A DNA stretch of 64,000 nt, taken from contig OZ024741.1 in assembly GCA_964016885.1 (NCBI GenBank), forward strand, positions 340,008,001-340,072,000, given 5' to 3'. Below the pieces are notes generated by a model, which had not been told where the DNA came from, ran no database searches, and was given only the letters and a program-made list of their open reading frames with translations. Position numbers and translations under genes: made by a program. Below are positions 1 to 14,628 of the stretch, piece after piece; positions within the stretch are counted from its first letter, which is position 1; the number at the start of each line of letters is the position of its first letter. Source of the DNA: Eledone cirrhosa. Taxonomy: Eukaryota.

Positions 1-3000
1 TGTTGTTAGTAATGGCTTCTGTTGTTAGTAATGGTTATTGTTGTTAGTAATGGCTACTGTTGTTAGTAATGGCTTCTGTTGTTAGTAATGGTTATTGTTG
101 TTAGTAATGGCTACTGTTGTTAGTAATGGCTGTTGTTGTTAGTAATGGCTATTATTGTTGTTAGTAATGGCTACTGTTGTTAGTAATGGCTTCTGTTGTT
201 AGTAATGGTTATTGTTGTTAGTAATGGCTACTGTTGTTAGTAATGGCTACTGTTGTTAGTAATGGCTGTTGTGGTTAGTAATGGCTACTGTTGTTAGTAA
301 TGGCTACTGTTGTTAGTAATGGCTACTGTTGTTAGTAATGGCTACTGTTGTTAGTAATGGCTACTGTTGTCGTTAGTAATGGCTACTGTTGTTGTTAGTA
401 ATGGCTACTGTTGTTAGTAATGGCTACTGTTGGTAGTAATGGCTACTGTTGTTGTTAGTAATGGCTACTGTTTGTTAGTAATGGCTACTGTTGGTAGTAA
501 TGGCTACTGTTGTTATTAATGGCTACTGTTGGTAGTAATGGCTACTGTTGTTGTTAGTAATGGCTACTGTTGTTAGTAATGGCTACTGTTGTTAGTAATG
601 GCTACTGTTGTTGTTAGTAATGGCTACTGTTGTTAGTAATGGCTACTGTTGTTAGTAATGGCTACTGTTGGTAGTAATGGCTACTGTTGTTAGTAATGGC
701 TACTGTTGGTAGTAATGGCTACTGTTGTTAGTAATGGCAACTGTTGTTGTTAGTAATGGCTACTGTTGTTAGTAATGGCTACTGTTGTTAGTAATGGCTA
801 CTGTTGTTAGTAATGGCTACTGTTGGTAGTAATGGCTACTGTTGTTAGTAATGGCTACTGTTGGTAGTAATGGCTACTGTTGTTAGTAATGGCTACTGTT
901 GGTAGTAATGGCTACTGTTGTTATTAATGGCTACTGTTGGTAGTAATGGCTACTGTTGTTGTTACTAATGGCTACTGTTGTTAGTAATGGCTACTGTTGT
1001 TAGTAATGGCTACTGTTGTTGTTAGTAATGGCTACTGTTGTTAGTAATGGCTACTGTTGTTAGTAATGGCTACTGTTGGTAGTAATGGCTACTGTTGTTA
1101 GTAATGGCTACTGTTGTTAGTAATGGCTACTGTTGTTGTTAGTAATGGCTACTGTTGTTAGTAATGGCTACTGTTGTTAGTAATGGCTACTGTTGTTAGT
1201 AATGGCTACTGTTGGTAGTAATGGCTACTGTTGTTGTTAGTAATGGCTACTGTTGTTAGTAATGGCTACTGTTGTTAGTAATGGCTACTGTTGTTAGTAA
1301 TGGCTACTGTTGTTAGTAATGGCTACTGTTGTTAGTAATGGCTACTGTTGGTAGTAATGGCTACTGTTGTTGTTAGTAATGGCTACTGTTGTTAGTAATG
1401 GCTACTGTTGTTAGTAATGGCTGTTGTTGTTAGTAATGGCTACTGTTGTTAGTAATGGCTACTGTTGTTAGTAATGGCTACTGTTGGTAGTAATGGCTAC
1501 TGTTGTTAGTAATGGCTACTGTTGTTAGTAATGGCTACTGTTGTTGTTAGTAATGGCTACTGTTGTTGTTAGTAATGGCTACTGTTGTTAGTAATGGCTA
1601 CTGTTGGTAGTAATGGCTACTGTTGTTAGTAATGGCTACTGTTGTTAGTAATGGCTACTGTTGTTAGTAATGGCTACTGTTGTTAGTAATGGCTACTGTT
1701 GTTAGTAATGGCTACTGTTGTTAGTAATGGCTACTGTTGTTAGTAATGGCTACTGTTGTTGTTACTAATGGCTACTGTTGTTAGTAATGGCTACTGTTGT
1801 TGTTAGTAATGGCTACTCTTGTTAGTAATGGCTACTGTTGTTGTTAGTAATGGCTACTCTTGTTAGTAATGGCTACTGTTGTTGTTAGTAATGGCTACTG
1901 TTGTTAGTAATGGCTACTGTTGTTGTTAGTAATGGCTACTGTTGTTAGTAATGGCTACTGTTGTTGTTAGTAATGGCTACTGTTGTTAGTAATGGCTACT
2001 GTTGTTAGTAATGGCTGTTGTTGTTAGTAATGGCTACTGTTGTTAGTAATGGCTACTGTTGTTAGTAATGGCTACTGTTGTTGTTAGTAATGGCTACTGT
2101 TGTTAGTAATGGCTACTGTTGTTGTTAGTAATGGCTACTGTTGTTAGTAATGGCTACTGTTGTTAGTAATGGCTACTGTTGTTGTTAGTAATGGCTACTG
2201 TTGTTAGTAATGGCTACTGTTGTTGTTAGTAATGGCTACTGTTGTTGTTAGTAATGGCTACTGTTGGTAGTAATGGCTACTGTTGTTGTTAGTAATGGCT
2301 ACTGTTGTTGTTAGTAATGGCTACTGTTGGTAGTAATGGCTACTGTTGTTGTTAGTAATGGCTACTGTTGTTAGTAATGGCTACTGTTGTTGTTAGTAAT
2401 GGCTACTGTTGTTAGTAATGGCTACTGTTGTTGTTAGTAATGGCTACTGTTGTTAGTAATGGCTACTGTTGTTAGTAATGGCTACTGTTGTTGTTAGTAA
2501 TGGCTACTGTTGTTGTTAGTAATGGCTACTGTTGTTAGTAATGGCTACTGTTGTTGTTAGTAATGGCTACTGTTGTTAGTAATGGCTACTGTTGGTAGTA
2601 ATGGCTATTGTTGTTAGTAATGGCTATTGTTGTTAGTAATGGCTACTGTTGTTATTAATGGCTACTGTTGTTGTTAGTAATGGCTACTGTTGTTAGTAAT
2701 GGCTACTGTTGTTAGTAATGGCTACTGTTGGTAGTAATGGCTACTGTTGTTGTTAGTAATGGCTACTGTTGGTAGTAATGGCTATTGTTGTTAGTAATGG
2801 CTACTGTTGTTATTAATGGCTACTGTTGTTGTTAGTAATGGCTACTGTTGTTAGTAATGGCTACTGTTGTTAGTAATGGCTACTGTTGGTAGTAATGGCT
2901 ACTGTTGTTAGTAATGGCTACTGTTGCTAGTAATGGCTACTGTTGTTGTTAGTAATGGCTACTGTTGGTAGTAATGGCTACGGTTGTTGTTAGTAATGGC

Positions 3001-5170
3001 TACTGTTGTTAGTAATGGCTACTGTTTTTGTTAGTAATGGCTACTGTTGTTAGTAATGGCTACTGTTGTTAGTAATGGCTACTGTTGTTGTTAGTAATGG
3101 CTACTGTTGTTAGTAATGGCTACTGTTGTTAGTAATGGCTACTGTTGGTAGTAATGGCTACTGTTGTTAGTAATGGCTACTGTTGGTAGTAATGGCTACT
3201 GTTGTTGTTAGTAATGGCTACTGTTGGTAGTAATGGCTATTGTTGTTAGTAATGGCTACTGTTGTTATTAATGGCTACTGTTGTTGTTAGTAATGGCTAC
3301 TGTTGTTAGTAATGGCTACTGTTGTTAGTAATGGCTACTGTTGGTAGTAATGGCTACTGTTGTTAGTAATGGCTACTGTTGGTAGTAATGGCTACTGTTG
3401 TTGTTAGTAATGGCTACTGTTGGTAGTAATGGCTACTGTTGTTGTTAGTAATGGCTACTGTTGTTAGTAATGGCTACTGTTGTTGTTAGTAATGGCTACT
3501 GTTGTTGTTAGTAATGGCTACTGTTGGTAGTAATGGCTACTGTTGTTGTTAGTAATGGCTACTGTTGTTAGTAATGGCTATTGTTGTTAGTTATGGCTAC
3601 TGTTGTTAGTAATGGCTACTGTTGTTAGTAATGGCTACTGTTGTTAGTAATGGCTACTGTTGGTAGTCATGGCTATTGTTGTTGTTAGTAATGGCTACTG
3701 TTGTTAGTAATGGCTACTGTTGTTAGTAATGGCTACTGTTGTTAGTAATGGCTACTGTTGTTAGTAATGGCTACTGTTGTTAGTAATGGCTACTGTTGTT
3801 AGTAATGGCTACTGTTGGTAGTCATGGCTATTGTTGTTGTTAGTAATGGCTACTGTTGTTAGTAATGGCTACTGTTGTTAGTAATGTCTATTGTTGTTAG
3901 TAATAGCTACTGTTGTTAGTAATGGCTACTGTTGTTAGTAATGTCTATTGTTGTTAGTAATGGCTACTGTTGTTAGTAATGGCTACTGTTGTTAGTAATG
4001 TCTATTGTTGTTAGTAATGGCTACTGTTGTTAGTAATGGCTACTGTTGTTAGTAATGTCTATTGTTGTTAGTAATGGCTACTGTTGTTAGTAATGGCTAC
4101 TGTTGTTAGTAATGGCTACTGTTGTTAATAATGGCTACTGTTGTTGTTAGTAATGGCTACTGTTGTTAGTAATGGCTACTGTTGTTAATAATGGTTACTG
4201 TTGTTAGTAATGGCTACTGTTGTTAGTAACGGCTACTGTTGTTAGTAATTTACTACTGTTGTTAGTAATGGCTACTGTTGTTAGTAATGGCTACTGTTGT
4301 TAGTAATGGCTACTGTTGTTAGTAATGGCAACTGTTGTTAGTAATGGCTACTGTTGTTAATAATGGCTACTGTTGTTGTTAGTAATGGCTACTGTTGTTA
4401 GTAATGGCTACTGTTGTTAATAATGGCTACTGTTGTTAGTAATGGCTACTGTTGTTAGTAACGGCTACTGTTGTTAGTAATTTACTACTGTTGTTAGTAA
4501 TGGCTACTGTTGTTAGTAATGGCTACTGTTGTTAGTAATGGCTACTGTTGTTAGTAATGGCTACTGTTGTTGTTAGTAATGGCTACTGTTGTTAGTAATG
4601 GCTACTGTTGTTAGTAATGGCAACTGTTGTTAGTAATGGCAACTGTTATTAGTAATGGCTACTGTTGTTAGTAATGGCTACTGTTGTTAGTAATGGCTAC
4701 TGTTATTGTTAGTAATGGCTACTGTTGTTAGTAATGGCTACTGTTGTTAGTAATGGCTACTGTTATTGTTAGTAATGGCTACTGTTATTAGTAATGGCTA
4801 CTGTTGTTAGTAATGTCTTGTTATTAGTAATGGCTACTGTTGTTAGTAATGGCTGTTGTTGTTAGTAATGGCTACTGTTATTGTTAGTAATGTCTTGTTA
4901 TTAGTAATGGCTGTTGTTTTTTTGTTGTTATTTTTAGTAATGTCTTGTTATTAGTAATGGCTGCTGTTATTGTTGTTATTGTTGTTGTTAGTAATGTCTG
5001 TTGTTATTAGTAATGGCTGTTGTTGTTGCTTTTTTTTTTGTTAGTAATGTCTTCTTATTAGTAATGGCGGTTGTTGTTTTTCTTATTGTTGTTGTTAGTA
5101 ATATCTGTTGTTATTAGTAATAGCTGTTGCTGTTGTTGTTGTTGTTATTATTAATGGCTGATATTGTTGT
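1..5170. repeat. Minisatellite array, 19-bp unit TGTTGTTAGTAATGGCTAC with 22-bp (+TGT) variants
   Basis: Tandem units read directly. The array degenerates into (TGT/TAT)n from about 4800 and runs off the window start. Confidence 0.97.
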
Positions 5171-5539
5171 TATTGAATGAACACTCCGACATCGGTATAC
5201 ATAGCTCTTATTCAATCTGCCATTGAATATATTGTGTGGTGTTCATGTGTTTATATATAAAGCCTATATATAAAGAAGGACCTATTGGACACAGTACTTC
5301 TAGATATGTAAAGAAAAAGACGGCATGCCCTCGAACGGAATGTCGTCTCTTATCATTGGTCAGCTCAGTCAGGTTAGACCTGGTGCCAAACAACAAAAGC
5401 TATCCATAGTGTTTCTTTGATGAGATTCAATTCTCATTGGAAATGAGGAGGGGGAGAAGAAAGATAGATATAGAGTGAGATAGAGAGTTGTGATTGAGAT
5501 AGAGAGTGTGTAAGTGAAAGAGAAAATGAAAAAGGGAGA

Positions 5540-5552
5540 TTGAGAGAGAGAG

Positions 5553-5642
<90 letters not shown>

Positions 5643-5720
5643 TGTGTGTGAGACTTACAGATATAATGAGAGAAACAGACAGAGTGAAACAGACAAAGAG
5701 ATTGGGAAAGAGAGAGACAG

Positions 5721-5764
<44 letters not shown>

Positions 5765-5778
5765 CGAGAGAGAGAGAG

Positions 5779-5811
<33 letters not shown>

Positions 5812-6149
5812 GTCGCCAAAATGCATTTATTTCATACATAAATACATACAAACATCGATGCACATAGTGGAATATACATATAAACAAGCGCATGCGTACA
5901 CTCTAACACATCCACAGAAGCGTATACTTTACTTACACACACACACATACAAGTATACGCACGCGCATAGACATATACAAATGCACAAATGCATGCGGAC
6001 ATGCATGCACGTACACATGTACACACATAGACCCATATATACGAGTACAATTGCACGCTCACATTTGGTACTTACAAGCTTAAACACATATTCACACACA
6101 TTCACAAAATCACACCCAAACCTCTCTCTGTCTCGCTTTCACACACACA

Positions 6150-6217
<68 letters not shown>

Positions 6218-6683
6218 AACATACACACACACATGGGCACACACATATACACACACACATGAGGAATACTTGATGGAATAGATGGTTACTGAGTGTAAAC
6301 TTCATTGCGAAAGTAAAACCTCACACACATATACACACATGGGCAGACACAGACGCACATGGGCACACACACACACACACACACACACACAGATTCATAG
6401 GGACACATACGTACAAATTCAGGAAGGCACGCATACACACACACATACATACACACAGACACACTCGGATTCATGGACACATACACAGATTCACGGACAC
6501 ACACACAGATGCAGACCATGGACGCACACACACGCATACACAGCGATACACACAGATTCATTGAGACACTCACACACAAATTCATGGACACATACACACA
6601 CACAGATCCATTAACGCACACACACGCACACACAAACACACACATTCATGGACACACACACGCTCACACACAGAGATCCATTG

Positions 6684-6716
<33 letters not shown>

Positions 6717-7030
6717 AACACACAAATTCATGGACACACACACACTCACACACACAGATCCATTGACGCACACACACAAACTTACAAAAACAGTAACACA
6801 CACATAGGCCCACAAACAGACACACACACACACATACATACAAATACATAGTCACAGAGAAACATACAAAAGCTATCATGGATACACAGACACATACACA
6901 AATACAAAAAGACACAACATACAGACACGTGCACACACAGAGAAACTCACACGTAGATATATGGGCACATGCACAGAGAAAGCCACAGACATACACATAT
7001 ACGGAGATACACGCATGTGTGAGCAGGTGA
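5540..7030. repeat. (GA)n followed by degenerate (CA)n-rich low-complexity tract
   Basis: Visible dinucleotide runs with recurring ATTCATGGACAC and AGATCCATTGAC motifs. Confidence 0.9.
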
Positions 7031-7195
7031 CAGAAACGAAAAGAATAATCCACCCGAGAGAAGTTCTTTTGGTGAGGAAGGGGATAGCATAGGAAGTAAG
7101 GAATGACAGATACAAAGATATATATATATATATATAAGGTATTAGGATTGGTTCTCTGAAATATATATATGTATACATTTATATATGTTGTATAT

Positions 7196-7666
<471 letters not shown>

Positions 7667-7670
7667 ATAA

Positions 7671-7752
<82 letters not shown>

Positions 7753-7898
7753 TGATAGATAGATAGATAGGATGAAGGGATTAAACTACATTTAAAAAAA
7801 AACCTCAAATATACCATTTCCATGCACACACACACACACACAGGCATGTATGCCTGTGTGTATATATGTGTGTGTGTGTGCAACCATACATACATGCA

Positions 7899-7930
<32 letters not shown>

Positions 7931-7933
<3 letters not shown>

Positions 7934-8125
7934 CGAAGGAAATGTGGTAAGGAACCAGGTGGACCATAACGCACCAAAGTACTCAATACTTAGGGTAGTA
8001 GAGTGGGTAATAGGAACAAGTAAGACCCCGACGGCTGAGCTCAAGCCGTTTCGACGGCTAATTCTGTACAGAATTAGCCGTCGAAACGGCTTGAGCTCAG
8101 CCGTCGGGGTCTTACTTGTTCCTAT
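7931..8125 (-). mobile_element. Hairpin-ended half-hammerhead element, copy 1
   Basis: Perfect 116-bp palindrome 8010-8125 centred on CTGT|ACAG plus an ~80-bp tail shared with five other copies. Flanked by (TA)n. Confidence 0.9.
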
Positions 8126-8187
8126 ATATATATATATATACACAAATATATATACAAACATATATGAACATGTATATATATATATAC

Positions 8188-8234
<47 letters not shown>

Positions 8235-8415
8235 CATATATATATATACATATATATATACATATATATATATATACATATATATATATACATATATATA
8301 TATATACATATATATATACATATATATATATATACATATATATATATACATATATATATACATATATATATATACATATATATATACATATATATATATA
8401 CATATATATATATAC

Positions 8416-8479
<64 letters not shown>

Positions 8480-8484
<5 letters not shown>

Positions 8485-8643
8485 AAAAAGTATGACCCCC
8501 GACGGCAGAGATCAAGCCGTCGAAACGGTTTGAGCTCTGCTGTCGGGGTCATACTTTTCCTATTACCCACTCTACTACCCTAAGTATTGAGTACTCTTGT
8601 GCGTTATGGTCCATCTTGTTCCTTACCACAATTCCTTCGTTAT
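8480..8643 (+). mobile_element. Hairpin-ended half-hammerhead element, copy 2 (centre deleted)
   Basis: Same tail and arms as copy 1 in opposite orientation. Confidence 0.88.
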
Positions 8644-8782
8644 TTATATATATATATATGTGTGTAAATGAAGTAATTCTGTCGGAAAAGTCCAGGAAAA
8701 AAGAGTGCTCTATGTAGGTAACAGAGCTTAATAGTAATAAACAACATAAGGCACTTATTCAATTTACCAGTGGTTTCTTAAT

Positions 8783-8841
8783 TTCATTCTGATGATTGAA
8801 AGCAAAATGTTTTTGCTTTTAAGAAACCACTGGTAAATGGA
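8783..8841 (+). ncRNA. Type I hammerhead ribozyme (intact core)
   Basis: TTCATT-CTGATGA-TTGAAAGCAAAA tgt TTTTGCTTTTAA-GAAA-CCACTGG-TA-AATGGA. Stem I is 6 bp, stem II 12 bp, stem III ACC/GGT, and cleavage is predicted after A8835. Confidence 0.8.
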
Positions 8842-8892
8842 ATAATTGCCTGATGTTGTTTATTACATAACTATATATATATATATATATAG

Positions 8893-9006
8893 TTATGAGT
8901 TCAAATCCCGCCGAGGTTTACTTTGCCTTTCATCCTTACGGGGTCGATAAAATAAAGTACCAGTAATGCACTGGGTAATTGCTGGCCTTGTGCCTAAAGT
9001 AGAAAC

Positions 9007-9010
<4 letters not shown>
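8893..9010 (+). mobile_element. tRNA-headed SINE (Meta-type core), 5'-truncated
   Basis: GAGTTCAAATCCC (B box), then GCCTTTCATCCTTACGGGGTCGATAAAATAAAGTACCAG, then tail GTAGAAACAATT. Confidence 0.85.
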
Positions 9011-9056
<46 letters not shown>

Positions 9057-10053
9057 GTATATATATATTCACACGTATATATATATATATATATTCACAC
9101 GTATATATGTATGTATATATATATACACATATACTTACATTCACAGACTTACATGTATACAAACCCATTACACACACACATATCTTCATTCACACACGGA
9201 CCTGAAAGTTCTATTGAAAATTCTTAAAACAAAAGTCAGCTCTGAAAGAGAAGCAGAAAATTGCAATACCATCTTCATTTTTTATCCTTGATTAAAATCC
9301 CTTTGAAATTTTTTTCCTTCCCGCTCTTTTTATTTCACATGAAATAAAAACCTAAATATATTTCTTTGTAAAGAAATTAAGAATTGTAGGATAACCTCGC
9401 CCCACCGTCGTGTTCCTTTAAAAAATGTATATATGTAAAAATTGCTCAAAGATATTTGAAGATTAAACACTGGCATGATTGGAAAGACAGAGAATAAAAG
9501 AATGTTTTCCTGTCGAGATTAAACAATTCTTTGAAAATAGGTCTTTGTATACTTTTTAGTTCTCTTTTAACTTTATTTTTTTATATGTGTGCAGTTTAAA
9601 AAAATTATAGGTATGTATGTATGTATGCATGTATTTTTGTATGTATGTATTTTGTATGTTTGTATGCATGTATTTTTGTATGTATGTATGTAGATATGTA
9701 TGTATGTATTTTTGTATGTATGTATTTTTGTATGTATGTATATATGTATGTATGTATGTGTGTATGTATGTATGTATTTTTGGATGTATGTATGTATTTT
9801 TGTATGTATGTCTGTATGTATGTATGTATTTTGTATGTATGTATGTATTTTTGGATGTATGTATGTACGTATATATGTATATATGCGTACACACATACAC
9901 ACACGCATATATATACATATACAATAAACCTATACTTTCTGATGTGTGTGCAGTTTAAAAAATTACATGTAAATATGTATATGTGTATGTATTTTCTATG
10001 TATGCATGTATATGTATATATGAGTATATATATACACACATATATACATATAT

Positions 10054-10202
<149 letters not shown>

Positions 10203-10974
10203 TATATATATATATACAATAAACCTATATGTATAGTATTTATACATATTTATTCACATATATACATTCATACACAGCATATATATATATCGTAATGCGT
10301 ACGCGCGTGTGTGTATGATGTCGTTGGTGGTCGTGGGCATGATGGTGGCTGTCGTTATTGCTACTGCTCAGTCTTGCATGGGTTGTACCTCTGATAAGAG
10401 GTTTCTTGGCATAACCTCTTTTTTCTACTAAACCACCTGAAACCGCCTCTCTGTCTACGATAGCAAAACTGTTTATTTAAAAGTGTTTATATTTATGTAA
10501 GAGCCTTCTATATATTTATAAGTAAAATTATGTTCCAAATGCCAGCTTGATGATCAGAATGGTAGTTATATTACTAAATCCTCCCAAATTCTTACATAGA
10601 TTCAAAATAATTTTCAAAATCATTGGCAGTACCTTTCATTAGAAACATGGGAAGCGGGCAAGAGTTGAATACAGAATACTACAAAGTTAGATGAGACACC
10701 ACAAATCATGCTACCAGACATTCTAATAATTCTGGGACTCTAAAGTTAATATCAGTGAGATTTGAACTCTCACAAAAATGCCGGCACAAATACCTCACCC
10801 TCTAACGACACTACCAATTCGACACTTAAATATATGGAGCAAAAAAAAAATGCACAAGGGATATTTTTGCCGTTTGGCCTAATGGGTATGTTGTTGTACT
10901 CACAATCATAAAGTTGTAGGTTCGATTTTGTATTCTTGGGGAAGACACGTTATTTCCCGTTGCTTGTCATAGAA

Positions 10975-11560
10975 CACCTTGCTATTGAAACACATAAAAA
11001 TCCTTCAGTGAGATGTAACGTCGTAGAAGGCCAGCTACACCTGCATAGGTGTAAGTCGTAGCAACAACAGGATAGGAGTGGGACCCCTATCATTAATATA
11101 CTCGAGAAAACTCCAATGAAATGCATCATCGTAGCATGCCAGATAAGCCTGCATAGGTGTTAGCTGTAACAACAATATGCACTTGTGTGTGTATGATAGG
11201 ATTGGTCTCCATGTCATTAAAAAAAGCCCTAAGTGCGTATGATATGACAAGGGCTCCTATCATTAAAATACTCGAGAAACCTCCAATGTGATGCCACTTC
11301 TTAGGAGGCTAACTAAACTTACATAGGTGTGAGATATATTAACAAAATGATGATTGGACTGGGTTCCTTATCATTAAAACACTCAAAAACCTCCTATCAG
11401 ATGCAACATCGTAGCAGACCAGTTAAATCTATATAGGTGTAAATTATAAAAAGATACATTTCTCATGTATTTTATAATAGTGGCCTTATCATTAAAACAC
11501 CTGAGAAATCTCCAATGCGATACAACCATATTGAATATCAGCTAAATCGAAATAGATGTG
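10975..11560. repeat. Degenerate tandem repeat of ~110-140-bp units
   Basis: CCTATCATTAA..ACTCGAGAAA..CCAATG..CATCGTAG..CATAGGTGT recurs about five times. Confidence 0.75.
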
Positions 11561-12306
11561 AGCTATATGTTTCCTTTGATTTTTCATTTTCATATGAATT
11601 ATACCATAAAAATTATAAAAATATGGAATACTAAACAGACATAAAGTATGGAAGTAGAGAGTAATATAAATGTATTGAAGGCGAGAATAGAAACCCTCAA
11701 AATGCATTGCGGGCATATGAGATTAAAAGCAAAAGAAAATCAGATACTTACTTTTGACTAGATAAATCCATTCCTCTAGTAAACTTTTGTTGTGCGTGTG
11801 TAAAAACCGTGTAATAAGAACACACGAGAATGTATATGTATAAGTAAGTATGCATGTGTACAGAATATATATATTTCTGCCTATGCCTGCATTTCCTTGT
11901 TTTATTGCTGTAGCTGTTGTTGTTTCGTCATACGTTTTATATTACTTTCACATTTGTTTAATGTGAACAAGTATATGTGTGTGTATGAGAGAGATAGAGT
12001 GTGTGTGTGTAAGAGACTTAGAACGTTGTCAACATCAGTGTATGCACGTATATTGATGTTTGTGTGTGTGTACCCGTGTGTCTATGCGTATGTATGTGTT
12101 TGTGTGCGCGTGTGCATATGAATGCATAAAACTGTTATGAAAAAGTCAACAACAGTTTGATATGCATGTATATTGATATTTGTGTGTTAGTGTGTGAGTT
12201 TGCATATATATATATAAATATATATATATATGTGTGTGTATGTTTGTGTGTGTATAAATGTGTTTATATATTATATATACATATACATATATATATAGAG
12301 AGAGAG

Positions 12307-12354
<48 letters not shown>

Positions 12355-12558
12355 TTGAAGGTAGTCCAAAAACGAACTTTTGTAAGTGTGAGCACGTCTG
12401 TTGAATACACGCTGGCGCAAATTCCAGCGTATGTATACACAAGCGCGTGTGTATTATATATTAATATTATGTATATTTACTGTTGATGTAAATATTATAA
12501 ATATGTACGTTATATGTACGTGTGTGTATGGTTTTATATATATATATCTGTGTATGTA

Positions 12559-12654
<96 letters not shown>

Positions 12655-12667
12655 CTATCTATATGTA

Positions 12668-12713
<46 letters not shown>

Positions 12714-13923
12714 ATGTGTGTATATAGTTTACGTATAACTTCACAGAAAGATAGATCCTGCTCGTAAGAGCCACAATGTCTGTATGAAACAACTGCTTAC
12801 AACGACGACTACGACATTGTTTTAAAGCTTTGCGTTGCGTTCGGTTCTTTGATTTCCTCTGTGTGTTCTTCAGTTCATTCTAAATCTATCCGTCCATTCG
12901 TCCGTCGCTGCTGGTGGTGTTATTATGAGCGCTCTTGTGTTATGCTCTGCTATCATATGTTCTGCTGTTGTGTTATCGTCTTCTGTTGTTGTTACTGTTG
13001 TTCTTTGTTAAGGCTTGTGACAGAAAAACAAGCTATGTCTGTATGTCTGTGTGTATGTGTATGTATGTGTGTGTGTGTGACTTTGTGCTGTTCGCTCACT
13101 CACTATCCCTACCATGTCATAACGTTCGTTAGATGTCTCTTTCAACACCACTGCAGTGAAGGCACGTCGCTTATTAGTTAGGGTGTTTGTAAGGTCGCGT
13201 GTTCGATTAAAGGCGATGCTTTGTGTCTTTCAGCAAGGTATTTCATTTTACGTTGATCCAGTTCAAAAATGAGTTGTATCGGTAATTCATAGTCAAGTCA
13301 TCTTCTTGGTATATTGTGTGACGCTGAATATCCCGGGTTAAAGTTACACGTGTTTATGAAGTGTTCATCCAGTTGCACTTCAATTTCAAAAGCAGACTGT
13401 TCCGTGGGTCGAATAACTCGTCGTCGGAACTGACGGAAGACCAATACTTCCCCAACCACCATCCTCCGCCACCACCACAACCGTCATAATTCTCAATGGT
13501 CGGCTGTTGAACTTACGATCATATGCTCATTAGTTCGATCCTCGGACTAGGAAGTGTGTTGTGTTCTTGCGAAAGACACTTCATTACGAAAATCACTTCA
13601 TTTCACGTTTCTTTTCATGGCAGGACTAAGGTCCTTAGAAACATCCAAGAAACATCCTATGAGATACAATTTCGTAGGAAGCAAGCTACACCTACATAGG
13701 TATGAACTATGATTTCATTTTTATTTCAATTCGAGTAGAGACTGACTTTACCATCACCACTCCCGCGACCAATTAGAAATAACAGTCAAATTTTCCTCGA
13801 ATTATAAACTCTAACGTCTTAACAAAATATGTATAAAGTAATCGTAGTTATTTATCTATTTTACACACACACACACACAAATATATATATATATACACAT
13901 ATATATACACACATATACACACA

Positions 13924-14013
<90 letters not shown>

Positions 14014-14580
14014 TATGTATATATACACACGCACACACAACACACAAAAAAAACTGCTCTTTACATGAGAAAACGCGGGAAACCTCTACGGAACTGCTCA
14101 ACGTTCTAGAAATAGCAGCCAAATCAACTACCCATTACCTACATTATCACTCACCAAATGTCCTTACAATCACAACCCTAACGTCTTAATAAATTAAGGA
14201 CGTATTGGATAATACTGTCGGGATGGTCGCGAAAGTCTTTGATATCAGGTCACATAATCAGGGCTGAGGCGGCACTAAACAAGGTTTGTTCATTATACAC
14301 GAAAACTAGATAGGCCTCAACGTGGTTGCTCGATCAGCTAGACATGGTACCCTAATCTTCCTCAAATCACACCATGTTGTCTTAAAGAATATAAGTATGT
14401 ACAACATAATGTCGATGGGGTGGTCATGGTTGAAACATATTTGATCAAAGGTCATTTATTCAAAGTTCAGACCCGAGTTAACCAGAGAATGTTGATTATC
14501 TGTTAAAAAAAAAAAACATTTTACAATGATTCGTTGGTGCGCGTGTGTGTGTGTGTGTGTATGTGTGTGTGTGTGTGTGT

Positions 14581-14628
<48 letters not shown>

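Noticed and set aside
1-5170. Telomeric repeat
   Set aside because: There are no TTAGGG or TTAGG arrays, and a subtelomeric position cannot be judged from this window.
12740-13300. Possible host exon or UTR in unique-looking sequence (AAG|GTATTT near 13237); similarly 45830-46330
   Set aside because: No recognisable protein or paired splice sites. It cannot be supported without transcripts.
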